The translations under genes were made by a program, and so were the position numbers. The notes below the pieces were generated by a model. It was not told where the DNA came from, made no database searches, and saw only the letters and a list, made by a program, of their open reading frames with translations. From an uncultured Azospirillum sp. (lineage in GTDB: Bacteria; Pseudomonadota; Alphaproteobacteria; RF32; CAG-239): DNA of 64,000 nt. The stretch spans positions 82,046 through 146,045 of the forward strand of contig UQAB01000002.1 of assembly GCA_900538765.1 (NCBI GenBank). The letters run 5' to 3'. This document shows, piece by piece, positions 1 through 7,870 of this stretch. Every line of letters starts with the position of its first letter. Positions within the stretch are counted from its first letter, which is position 1.

Positions 1-86
1 TGATTTTGTTCCTGGTAATGCTGCTCGGCACTTATACCGGATACCGTCTGACCGAACTGAAGCGTTTCCGTCCGCTGGTAAAATAA
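1..86 (+). CDS. 3' end of an upstream membrane-protein gene (partial, runs off the window)
   Basis: In-frame hydrophobic tail ILFLVMLLGTYTGYRLTELKRFRPLVK ends at TAA 84-86, 12 nt before the next start. Identity not determinable from 28 aa. Confidence 0.3.
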   Translation, partial: ILFLVMLLGTYTGYRLTELKRFRPLVK

Positions 87-98
87 GGAGCGTTTAAA

Positions 99-1073
99 AT
101 GTTCAAATGGCTCTCAAAATATTTTGCCTCGCCCGCCGAACTGCGTGAAGCCGGCATTCTCGGCATGAACAGCCGCAATTTCAAGTTCATCGCCAAGCAA
201 AACAAAAGACGCCTTTATCCTCTGGTGGACGACAAAGTGCAAACCAAGGCTCTGGCGTTGCAATACGGCATTAACACGCCGCGGCTTATTGGTACAATTG
301 ATTATCAACATGAAGTCGACAGGCTGCCGCTTTTGGTTAAAGATTGGCCGTCTTTTGTCATTAAACCGGCGCATGGCAGTGGCGGCAAAGGCGTTTTGGT
401 CATCAAAAGCCATGACGGAGAAACATTTGTCACCCCGTCCGGGCGCAGCCTGACTTACAAAGAAATTTACCAGCATATTTCCAACACGCTGAGCGGCCTG
501 TACAGTTTGGGCGGACAATATGACACGGCGGTTATTGAAGAAATGGTCAATTTCAGCCATATTTTTGACAGCTACAGCTATCAGGGAATTCCCGATGTCA
601 GGATTATTGTTTACAAAGGATATCCGGTTATGGCAATGACCCGGCTGGCGACGGCGGCGTCCGGCGGACGCGCCAACCTGCACCAAGGTGCAGTCGGGGT
701 CGGCCTTGACATCAAAACAGGTAAAACGTTGAAGGCTGTTATGCGTAATATGCCGATTACGCATCATCCCGACACAAACGCCGATTTATCAAAAATTGAA
801 GTTCCGTTCTGGCGCGAACATCTGCTTATCGGCGCCAAGGCTTATGAAATGACCGGACTGGGGTATCTCGGCGCGGATATTGTCCTTGATGCCGACAAGG
901 GGCCGATGATGCTGGAGCTGAACGCCCGTCCGGGGCTGGCAGTACAGATTGCCAACGGTCTTGGGCTTGGAAAAGTATTGAAAAAAGTCGACAAGTATTA
1001 TCCCCAAAGGCTTTCTGCCGAGGAACGGGTTGATTATCTTTTGACCGGGAAAAAACCGGAAAAGAAAAAATAA
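99..1073 (+). CDS. ATP-grasp protein, alpha-L-glutamate ligase-related (RimK-like) family
   Basis: 324 aa. N-terminal ILGMNSRN motif and KPAHGSGGKGV nucleotide-binding stretch are typical of RimK-related ATP-grasp ligases. GGAG before the ATG. Confidence 0.7.
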   Translation: MFKWLSKYFASPAELREAGILGMNSRNFKFIAKQNKRRLYPLVDDKVQTKALALQYGINTPRLIGTIDYQHEVDRLPLLVKDWPSFVIKPAHGSGGKGVLVIKSHDGETFVTPSGRSLTYKEIYQHISNTLSGLYSLGGQYDTAVIEEMVNFSHIFDSYSYQGIPDVRIIVYKGYPVMAMTRLATAASGGRANLHQGAVGVGLDIKTGKTLKAVMRNMPITHHPDTNADLSKIEVPFWREHLLIGAKAYEMTGLGYLGADIVLDADKGPMMLELNARPGLAVQIANGLGLGKVLKKVDKYYPQRLSAEERVDYLLTGKKPEKKK

Positions 1074-1150
1074 TTTTCAAACCTTAGTGCATTTTTAATT
1101 TTCACTTCCTATATTAGTTTACAGGTAAATATAAGTTTGTGAGGATTAAC

Positions 1151-1798
1151 ATGAAAGCTGTAAAAAAATCTGCTTCTGCAAAGAAAGAAGAAACGCCCAA
1201 GCTGGCCAAGACCCAGACTAAATCTTTGGGCAAGAGCGAAACAAAAGGCCTGAAAGCGTCTGAAACGAAAAAACTTTCAGTCAGCCCGGCCCGCGCCAAG
1301 AAAATCAAACATTCCTATACGGTTAAAGACGCTGAAAATGCTCTATTGCTGAAACTCAAAGACGGTGACGTCGTTATTGAAATGTTTCCAGATGCGGCAC
1401 CAAACCATGTTGCCCGCATTAAGGAACTCGTCCGCGCCGGTTTTTACAACGGTTTGAAGTTTCACCGCGTTATTGACGGTTTTATGGCGCAGACAGGTTG
1501 TCCTTACGGCAATGGAACCGGCGGTTCGGGCAGAAAACTCAAAGCAGAATTTAACACCCACCCGCATAAGCGCGGCACTGTTTCCATGGCGCGCTCCATG
1601 TTTCCGGACTCCGCAGACAGCCAGTTTTTCATTTGTTTTGCAGACTGTGACTGGCTGAACGGCCAATATACCGTTTGGGGCGAAGTTACTTCCGGTATGG
1701 AACATGTCGACAATATCAAAAAAGGCAGCGGCGGAAACGGCGAGGTTTCCAATCCTGATGAAATCATCAGCCTGGAAGTCATTGCCGACATTGGTTAG
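1151..1798 (+). CDS. Cyclophilin-type peptidyl-prolyl cis-trans isomerase with Lys-rich N-terminal extension
   Basis: Cyclophilin motifs FHRVIDGFMAQTG and SMARS..PDSADSQFFI. ATG at 1151 follows GAGGA; the GTG at 1139 in the ORF track is less likely. Confidence 0.9.
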   Translation: MKAVKKSASAKKEETPKLAKTQTKSLGKSETKGLKASETKKLSVSPARAKKIKHSYTVKDAENALLLKLKDGDVVIEMFPDAAPNHVARIKELVRAGFYNGLKFHRVIDGFMAQTGCPYGNGTGGSGRKLKAEFNTHPHKRGTVSMARSMFPDSADSQFFICFADCDWLNGQYTVWGEVTSGMEHVDNIKKGSGGNGEVSNPDEIISLEVIADIG

Positions 1799-1808
1799 CT
1801 TAAGGAAA

Positions 1809-1838
1809 AGCGGGGAAATCTCCCCGCTTTTGTTTTAT
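1809..1838. terminator. Bidirectional intrinsic terminator between ppiase and the convergent Cys-rich gene
   Basis: 8-bp GC-rich stem AGCGGGGA/TCCCCGCT with a 4-nt loop, followed by a T-tract on + and flanked by A-rich sequence for the - strand. Confidence 0.7.
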
Positions 1839-3160
1839 TTACAGGTATAATAATGGGAAGTTGTTTTATTGAGAGGTTTGGAATATATGAGAGGATAGGC
1901 ATCTTCCTCTTTAAGTCCTTCATAATCTTCATGAATAGAGTGTCCGCCTATCCAGCTTTCAATTACAGGATATCCGGCAGGACAGTTAGCATCATAACAC
2001 TCCTTCTTGCTGGCGTAAATATAACCGCTTTTCTCTTCTCTGTCTGCGCCATGAACTATTGCTGTCCAACCGACTGCAGGATCTTTTGACCAGCAAACTG
2101 TTCTATAATCCTTGGTTACCCGGTATCCTTTTTGTTCATCTCCATAGCAGGAACAATAGAAATACGGAACAGATTCATAACATGGAAGTTGTATTGTACA
2201 GGGAGACTTGCATTTTAATCTTGTTCCGCCACAACCATCTGAAACTACTTCCGTACCATACTGGCAAAAACTGTCATCCGGTCGCGGCGTACAGGCGGCA
2301 CATACTTTCCTCGTTCCGCCACAGGTGTCATCACCTGATTCCGTACCATAGGTACAACCTGTTTCATCAGGAAGTTTTTTACATTCTGCCGCGCCGGTAT
2401 CAATATTAAACTCAATCACCGGGCGAACAACGGTAGCTGAGCTCTGGCCTTTTCCCCTTAGTGCTAAACCGCTCCCCTCCGAATAGACGGTGAAAATATA
2501 CATGAAAGTCTTATCGCTTTCCGTTGAAGACCAAATCTGGTTACGATTGTTTTGCAATACTTCCCCACCAAGTTTTTGTATTGCCGCATCTATTATTTTT
2601 CTGTTTTCATAAGTGCTGTGCAATACGCCTGCCGCCGGCAAACACCATTGGCCTTTGGTTGATGCGGCCGCAGACGGTGCATAAGTTTTGGCAGACCAAG
2701 GCGCCGGATATTTCTGGCTGTCGCCATTCATCATTGCCTTTACCGTGTTGGAACAACTGCCAAAATCGTTCCAGGCATCTGTATAAAATGGTAATTGCGG
2801 AACACCCGTTGCTTTTTCTTCGGTTGACCAGACTATTGACTGAGCTGTCGGGCTGGGAGTCATAGCCTGTCCGTTACCGTTATCATCCAGATAGACAACG
2901 ACGGCAATCGGTGTTTTGCCGCTTTCGACATTTTCCGTGCAGCTCATATCGCTGTTCAGTATCCAGCCGATCTGACACTTCTTGTCCGGACAATGCCACT
3001 TTTCGCCGAACGGGCATTTCAAACCGTCGGTACAGGCTTTGTCTTCCGTATATCCCAAATTATTGCAGTCTTCCTCGGCAATGCACACTTCCGCTCCGGC
3101 CGTCCCCGCATAGAAAGGAGCCGCCAGCAAAACAGAACTCATCAAAAACATTCTTCTCAT
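1835..3160 (-). CDS. Secreted Cys-rich protein: DUF1566-like body plus C-terminal Cys-rich extension
   Basis: 441 aa. Signal peptide MRRMFLMSSVLLAAPFYAGTAGA and AAGGAG RBS. Shares multiple motifs with the upstream paralog (KCPFGE.W.CP, SGKTPI.VVV, KLGGE, VVRPVIEF). Confidence 0.6.
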   Translation of the reverse strand: MRRMFLMSSVLLAAPFYAGTAGAEVCIAEEDCNNLGYTEDKACTDGLKCPFGEKWHCPDKKCQIGWILNSDMSCTENVESGKTPIAVVVYLDDNGNGQAMTPSPTAQSIVWSTEEKATGVPQLPFYTDAWNDFGSCSNTVKAMMNGDSQKYPAPWSAKTYAPSAAASTKGQWCLPAAGVLHSTYENRKIIDAAIQKLGGEVLQNNRNQIWSSTESDKTFMYIFTVYSEGSGLALRGKGQSSATVVRPVIEFNIDTGAAECKKLPDETGCTYGTESGDDTCGGTRKVCAACTPRPDDSFCQYGTEVVSDGCGGTRLKCKSPCTIQLPCYESVPYFYCSCYGDEQKGYRVTKDYRTVCWSKDPAVGWTAIVHGADREEKSGYIYASKKECYDANCPAGYPVIESWIGGHSIHEDYEGLKEEDAYPLIYSKPLNKTTSHYYTCK

Positions 3161-3175
3161 CGCTTTTCTCCTTTC

Positions 3176-4105
3176 CTAAAACTCTATTACCGGACGAACG
3201 ACATAAGGCGTATTATTGCTATAAGTGTTGCTCTTAGCGCCATTAAAAAAGCCGCAAGTACCAGTCCAGTAAACCCACATATCGCAGGAACCAAACTCGG
3301 TCGATGTCCAAATGTTTTCGTTGTCACCCGCAAGTTGTTCGCCTCCAAGCTTAGATATAGCGTTATTAACAGCATTCTTGTTAGCGCACAAACTCTCCAT
3401 GATACCAACTGTTGGCATTACCCATTTACCTTTTGTTGTCGGAGCACCGTTTGGAGCATAATTTAAAGCCGCATAACCAGCCGGATATTTACTGGCGGGG
3501 GTGCTGGATTGAATAATATTTTTCATATTTCCGTTAACATTGAAATCTTTAATCGCATATTGAGTATTAGTTGTTGATGTTCCTCCCGTAGAATAACAAT
3601 ACGGAGACCATTGAATACCCTTTTTAATCGGACTGGCTGTCATCGCATAACCGCAGTTTTTATTGATTGCAACCACCACCCCAATCGGCGTCTTACCGCT
3701 GACCTTATCATCTGTGCAACTGGCGTCGCTGTTTAAGATTTGCCCGATTTTGCAGTTCTTCGCCGCACCGCTGCAAACTCCCAACACCTCAATCTGTTCA
3801 CATTTGCCACTGGTCGAATTCCATTTATAATTTGTTTTGCACTGACAAGCTGAATACTTATCGCCACAGCTGTCCTCGCCCTTACTCTCATTAGCGCCGG
3901 TACAGGTATATCGGTATGATTCCTCGCAGTGAATCGGGCAATACCATGTTTCGCCGAACGGGCATTTCACGCCCCGCTCGGGACAGGGCGCTTCCTTATA
4001 CCCCAAAGCCCGGCAATCCTGCGTCGGCTTGCATTCTCCCAAAGCCAATGCCGGAGAAATCATCACCCCGCAAAGAAGATAAAGTAAAAACTTATTATTA
4101 ATCAT
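3176..4105 (-). CDS. Secreted Cys-rich protein, DUF1566-like (tandem paralog)
   Basis: 309 aa from the ATG at 4105 (GGAGGGG RBS). Signal peptide MINNKFLLYLLCGVMISPALALG. Ends in VVRPVIEF, 15 nt upstream of the next gene. Confidence 0.6.
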   Translation of the reverse strand: MINNKFLLYLLCGVMISPALALGECKPTQDCRALGYKEAPCPERGVKCPFGETWYCPIHCEESYRYTCTGANESKGEDSCGDKYSACQCKTNYKWNSTSGKCEQIEVLGVCSGAAKNCKIGQILNSDASCTDDKVSGKTPIGVVVAINKNCGYAMTASPIKKGIQWSPYCYSTGGTSTTNTQYAIKDFNVNGNMKNIIQSSTPASKYPAGYAALNYAPNGAPTTKGKWVMPTVGIMESLCANKNAVNNAISKLGGEQLAGDNENIWTSTEFGSCDMWVYWTGTCGFFNGAKSNTYSNNTPYVVRPVIEF

Positions 4106-4376
4106 AACCAACCCCTCCGGCATTTGTTAATTCTTCAAATGCGGATTTGATACCTTATTATGTTGTGATTAAGTCAAAAGGTGAGGGCGCTTTTCTCTCA
4201 GGACACGCCAAAACGCCATCCTTCCATTGGAGGACAATCCGAAAAATATAAATATTTCGAGAATATTTTCATAACACACCCCTGTTTTTTAGTCAGGTAT
4301 CAAATCTACACACACATAATTACTATATCACAAGCTTTCAAAAATGACAATATCTTTCGTGTGAAACAAAGCAAAA

Positions 4377-4402
4377 AAATACCGGAAACAGCTTCCGGTA
4401 TC
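4377..4402 (-). terminator. Intrinsic terminator downstream of the DUF1311-like pair
   Basis: Stem ATACCGGAA/TTCCGGTAT with a T-run on the minus strand, just after the stop at 4422. Confidence 0.6.
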
Positions 4403-4421
4403 ATGTATGGAAAAAAATCGG

Positions 4422-4853
4422 TTATTCCGGGGTGGAATTATAATTCCTCGGCACGGACGACATTTGCAGAAGCTGAGTCTTGTTGGCATCAAGCAGGCAA
4501 CTTTGCTTGTTATATTCGGTGCTGCCGGTATAATTGCTCATCGACAGAACATAAAGGTCACAATATTCATCGCGATATTTGGACCAATTCTCATAAAGGC
4601 TTTTCAAGCGGCCGCGAAACATACCGGAACCGTTATTCCATTTTATAAAATCCGGGCTGAGTGAAATCTGTTCGTATTCCTTATAAATCTGCTGGTTGAG
4701 GCGTCCATTTTCCGCTTTCATGCATTCGGCAATGGCACTGTCCCCGATTTTAGAAGCGTCTTTCATACAGTATTGATAAGCGGCAGATTCTGCGCGCACC
4801 GTTCCGGCATATAAAACGACCGCGGCCGCCAAAATGATAAATGTTTTTTTCAT
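4422..4853 (-). CDS. Periplasmic DUF1311 (LprI / lysozyme-inhibitor-like) family protein
   Basis: 143 aa with a signal peptide. Conserved Cys spacing and W..YRD.YC motif (ENWSKYRDEYCDLY) are characteristic of DUF1311. Confidence 0.65.
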   Translation of the reverse strand: MKKTFIILAAAVVLYAGTVRAESAAYQYCMKDASKIGDSAIAECMKAENGRLNQQIYKEYEQISLSPDFIKWNNGSGMFRGRLKSLYENWSKYRDEYCDLYVLSMSNYTGSTEYNKQSCLLDANKTQLLQMSSVPRNYNSTPE

Positions 4854-4857
4854 GGGA

Positions 4858-5292
4858 TTACCTCTTTGTTACCGCCATATCGTTATAAATCCGGATAATC
4901 GCTTCCACATCTTTGGCAAAACGATTGGTCAAATCAAGCATACATTGCGACTTCTGAACCTCGGTAATCGTTCCCTGTCCTTGAGAAAATGTATAACCGT
5001 AGAGAGAACAATACTTGTCGCGATAGTCGACCCATTGCCGCAGCAGCATCTGAAAATTTTGGCTGGAAGCCAGAGTTTTGTCATTCCACTGCGTAAAATA
5101 TTTATTGGACGCAAGAGAATTATACCTGGATTGCAGGCTGCGCATAACCCGAGCCGTTTCGGCATTGTTGCACTTGGTAATGTCGTTGTCGCCCGGAGCC
5201 TGAGCCATACAGTTTTCGTATTCCCCGGCCTGAACGGCGCTTCCGGCCAATATTCCGGCAGCAAGGATAAAAATACCGGCAGTTTTATTCAT
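4858..5292 (-). CDS. Periplasmic DUF1311 (LprI-like) family protein, tandem paralog
   Basis: 144 aa from the ATG at 5292 (GAGAGG RBS). Signal peptide present, same motif (RQWVDYRDKYCSLY). 4 nt from the downstream paralog. Confidence 0.65.
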   Translation of the reverse strand: MNKTAGIFILAAGILAGSAVQAGEYENCMAQAPGDNDITKCNNAETARVMRSLQSRYNSLASNKYFTQWNDKTLASSQNFQMLLRQWVDYRDKYCSLYGYTFSQGQGTITEVQKSQCMLDLTNRFAKDVEAIIRIYNDMAVTKR

Positions 5293-5434
5293 CTGAACCT
5301 CTCTGTTAAAACAAATTATATTTTTAAACATAATTCCTATTAATTAACATTCAATTAAATTAAAAATAATCTTGTGTTAAGAAATTAACGCTATATACTG
5401 TTTTATCATAAAAGCAAAATGTAGGATTAAAACA

Positions 5435-5758
5435 ATGCATAAACTTCTTTGGGTGTTTTTGATACTTTTGGTGTTAAGCGCGTGCCATTCTCCGCGTGTC
5501 CGCCGCCAGGGAGACGAAAGCTTTATCGGTATGGACGAAGAGGAGCTTGTCACGACCATTGGTCCTCCGGACAGTTCTTATGAAATGGGGCGGGAGCGTT
5601 TTCTGATATACAACAAAAACGGTTCGCATTATTATAATGGCAGCTATATTCCCATGTCGTGCAAAATAACCTTTGTCTTTTATAAGGGCGACTTGGACAA
5701 CTGGCATTTTGAAGGAAATATGTGCGATGCTTACGCAGAAAGCATCGACCTGCATTAA
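5435..5758 (+). CDS. Small lipoprotein, function unknown
   Basis: 107 aa. Lipobox LVLSAC at residues 12-17. Followed by a hairpin at about 5762-5790. Confidence 0.55.
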   Translation: MHKLLWVFLILLVLSACHSPRVRRQGDESFIGMDEEELVTTIGPPDSSYEMGRERFLIYNKNGSHYYNGSYIPMSCKITFVFYKGDLDNWHFEGNMCDAYAESIDLH

Positions 5759-5930
5759 AATTAAAGGCTCGGACTATTCCGGGCCTTTAATTTTATTTTC
5801 TTGATATTTGCTCTGGCAGATAAGATAGGAACAAGTATAATTAAGCTAACGGCAGACACAATCTAAGCAACGCGCTTTTTATGCGCCATCAACCCACAGC
5901 AAACTTTCCACGACACCCCGTGGGTGTAAA

Positions 5931-5954
5931 AAAAGCCCGCAATAAGCGGACTTT
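5931..5954 (-). terminator. Terminator downstream of tRNA-Lys
   Basis: On the minus strand, short stem CCGC/GCGG followed by GCTTTTTTT immediately after the tRNA 3' end. Confidence 0.5.
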
Positions 5955-5958
5955 ATAA

Positions 5959-6034
5959 TGGTAGGCGCGTGGGGGTTCGAACCCCAGACCCACTGATTAA
6001 GAGTCAGTTGCTCTACCAACTGAGCTACGCACCC
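5959..6034 (-). tRNA. tRNA-Lys (anticodon CTT)
   Basis: Hand-folded cloverleaf on the reverse strand: acceptor GGGTGCG/CGCGCCT, anticodon stem ACTGA/TCAGT with loop CTCTTAA, T-loop TTCGAAC, encoded CCA. 76 nt. Confidence 0.95.
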
Positions 6035-6122
6035 GTCAATGGGATATCATTAACAACAAGCGCAATATACTCTGTGAAATTTTATTTTGCAACACAATTT
6101 TTTACTTTTTTGCAAAAAAAAA

Positions 6123-6587
6123 TTAATATTCGATTTTGTCGGGCTTGTTTTTCCATTCCTGCATGATATCGACAGCCTCCCGAAGCACAATGCGGTGCAG
6201 TTCCAACGGATCATCATCATAAAATACCCGATCGCGGAAACCGATGTTTTCAGCATCATAGCGGTCGGCGGCATAATAAATTTCTGCGATATTAGCCCAT
6301 TTGGCGGCATTCAGACACATCGGGCAGGGCTCACAGGAGGTGTATAAAATGCACCCGGAAAGATCAAAACTGCCGATATTTTTACAGGCGTTGCGAATAG
6401 CCATAACTTCGCCATGCGCCGTCGGATCGTTGTCAAGAGCTACTCGGTTGTGTCCTTCGCCGATAATTTTTCCGTCTTTGTCTATAATAATACAGCCGAA
6501 AGGCGAACTTCCGGAATCAATGGAAGTTTTGCTGAGCTTGACTGCTTTCATAAGGTTTTCTTTGTGGTTTATCATATTTTGCCTCAT
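6123..6587 (-). CDS. CDA-fold nucleoside/nucleotide deaminase (guanine deaminase-like)
   Basis: Zinc motifs HGEVMAI (HAE-type) and CEPCPMC. Size of about 150 aa fits small GuaD/TadA-like deaminases. Exact start is ambiguous (M1, M5 or M13). Confidence 0.8.
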   Translation of the reverse strand: MRQNMINHKENLMKAVKLSKTSIDSGSSPFGCIIIDKDGKIIGEGHNRVALDNDPTAHGEVMAIRNACKNIGSFDLSGCILYTSCEPCPMCLNAAKWANIAEIYYAADRYDAENIGFRDRVFYDDDPLELHRIVLREAVDIMQEWKNKPDKIEY

Positions 6588-6645
6588 CTATACTAAACAA
6601 ACTTTATTAGTATATAAAATAGTTTTTAAGAAAACGTAAAATATA

Positions 6646-6674
6646 CCTTGACAAAAAATATAAAATTTTCTATA
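6646..6674 (+). promoter_or_regulatory. Near-consensus sigma70-type promoter in a long intergenic gap
   Basis: TTGACA (6646-6651), 17-nt spacer, TATAAA (6669-6674). No CDS starts for another 340 nt. Confidence 0.4.
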
Positions 6675-7015
6675 AAGAAGAGGCTTAAATCTTATTTTGT
6701 TCATAACTTTAAATTTAATCTATGACAAACACAACGTTTGTAATTGGATTTGTCATTTTTTAAGAGTCCACTTGTGAAAGCCGACTCTTATTTAACTGAA
6801 ATTTTCCGCAATGCCTGTTTTTTTGACACGCATTGTTCAAAATATCACAAACTGTTATTGTCTTAAACATAACAGCCGCCGTCTGTAAAGACCGCGATTT
6901 TTTATTTTGGTTTATACAATTAAAAAAAGAGCTTGTTTGCGAAAATAGGCTCTTTTGCTTTTTAAATAAATATTAACCGTGATGACGTATCCCTTAAAAC
7001 AAAAGGGGAAATTTT

Positions 7016-7870
7016 ATGGCTGATATAGACACATCCAAAGACGAAGAACTGCTTAAAGAACATTATAGGCGCTGTTACGCCAAAGTATCCGGCAGCGATT
7101 TTTACAAACTGTATGCTGATGAAAAAATCCGCCATTCTTTTCAGGTTGTCGGCGCCGGAAATTACATCATGCACCATGAACAGGTGTTTTCCGATCGGGA
7201 AGGGCGCTTTTTGCAAAGTGCCAAACTGGCCTACCTGTTTCATGATATCGGACGTTTTCAGGAAATTGAACGGCTTTATGCCGAAGAGCCTCATCCGCGC
7301 CGCCACGACCACTCTCTGTACAGTTATGAAATTCTGAAAAGTATTCCCGAGTATGCCTGCCCGGAAATTTTACTGCCGGTCAAACATCATGGACATATGA
7401 TAGAAGACCTTTATAATGATGCGGAATTTACCGCCATAACCGATGAAAAACTGAAAAACGATATTCTCAAAATCGCCTTTCTGGTACGTGATGCCGATAA
7501 AATTGCCAATTTTTACCTGATGAAAACGGCGCAAAAGGCTTCCGATAATGTTTTTGAACATCTGTTTCTGTCAAAAACCGCGCCCGGCGGGCTGGCCCCG
7601 GTTATGGCGGAAGACTTTCTGGCCGGAAGAATGCCCAAACGCAGCGACATAAAAACGTCGGAAGACTGGATTTTGAGCTATATTTCCTGGATTTATGACT
7701 TGAATTACAAGGCGTCCTTTGATTTTTGCCGCCTGACCGGCTGCTTTGACAACCTGCTGTCTACACTGGATAAATATAATCGGGACAAGGGCTTGCAACA
7801 ACGGATTTCAGAAACTATTTCAAATTATATCAAACATCGTTATCAACAATTTAAGGAAGAACAATCATGA
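7016..7870 (+). CDS. HD-domain metal-dependent phosphohydrolase
   Basis: 284 aa with H...HD...D pattern (HSFQV, LFHDIGRF, VKHHGH, RDADK). GGGGAA RBS. Confidence 0.75.
   Translation: MADIDTSKDEELLKEHYRRCYAKVSGSDFYKLYADEKIRHSFQVVGAGNYIMHHEQVFSDREGRFLQSAKLAYLFHDIGRFQEIERLYAEEPHPRRHDHSLYSYEILKSIPEYACPEILLPVKHHGHMIEDLYNDAEFTAITDEKLKNDILKIAFLVRDADKIANFYLMKTAQKASDNVFEHLFLSKTAPGGLAPVMAEDFLAGRMPKRSDIKTSEDWILSYISWIYDLNYKASFDFCRLTGCFDNLLSTLDKYNRDKGLQQRISETISNYIKHRYQQFKEEQS

Noticed and set aside
1835-5958. Idea that the secreted-protein islet is a tRNA-Lys-integrated genomic island.
   Set aside because: I could not find a direct repeat of the tRNA-Lys 3' end at the far (ppiase) boundary, and there is no integrase. 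I kept it only as an accessory-looking cluster.
6722-6763. 13-codon hydrophobic mini-ORF (MTNTTFVIGFVIF) that could be a leader peptide in the 6588-7015 gap.
   Set aside because: There is no Shine-Dalgarno sequence, and the segment is better explained as the arms of the AT-rich hairpins. I mention it only as a possibility.
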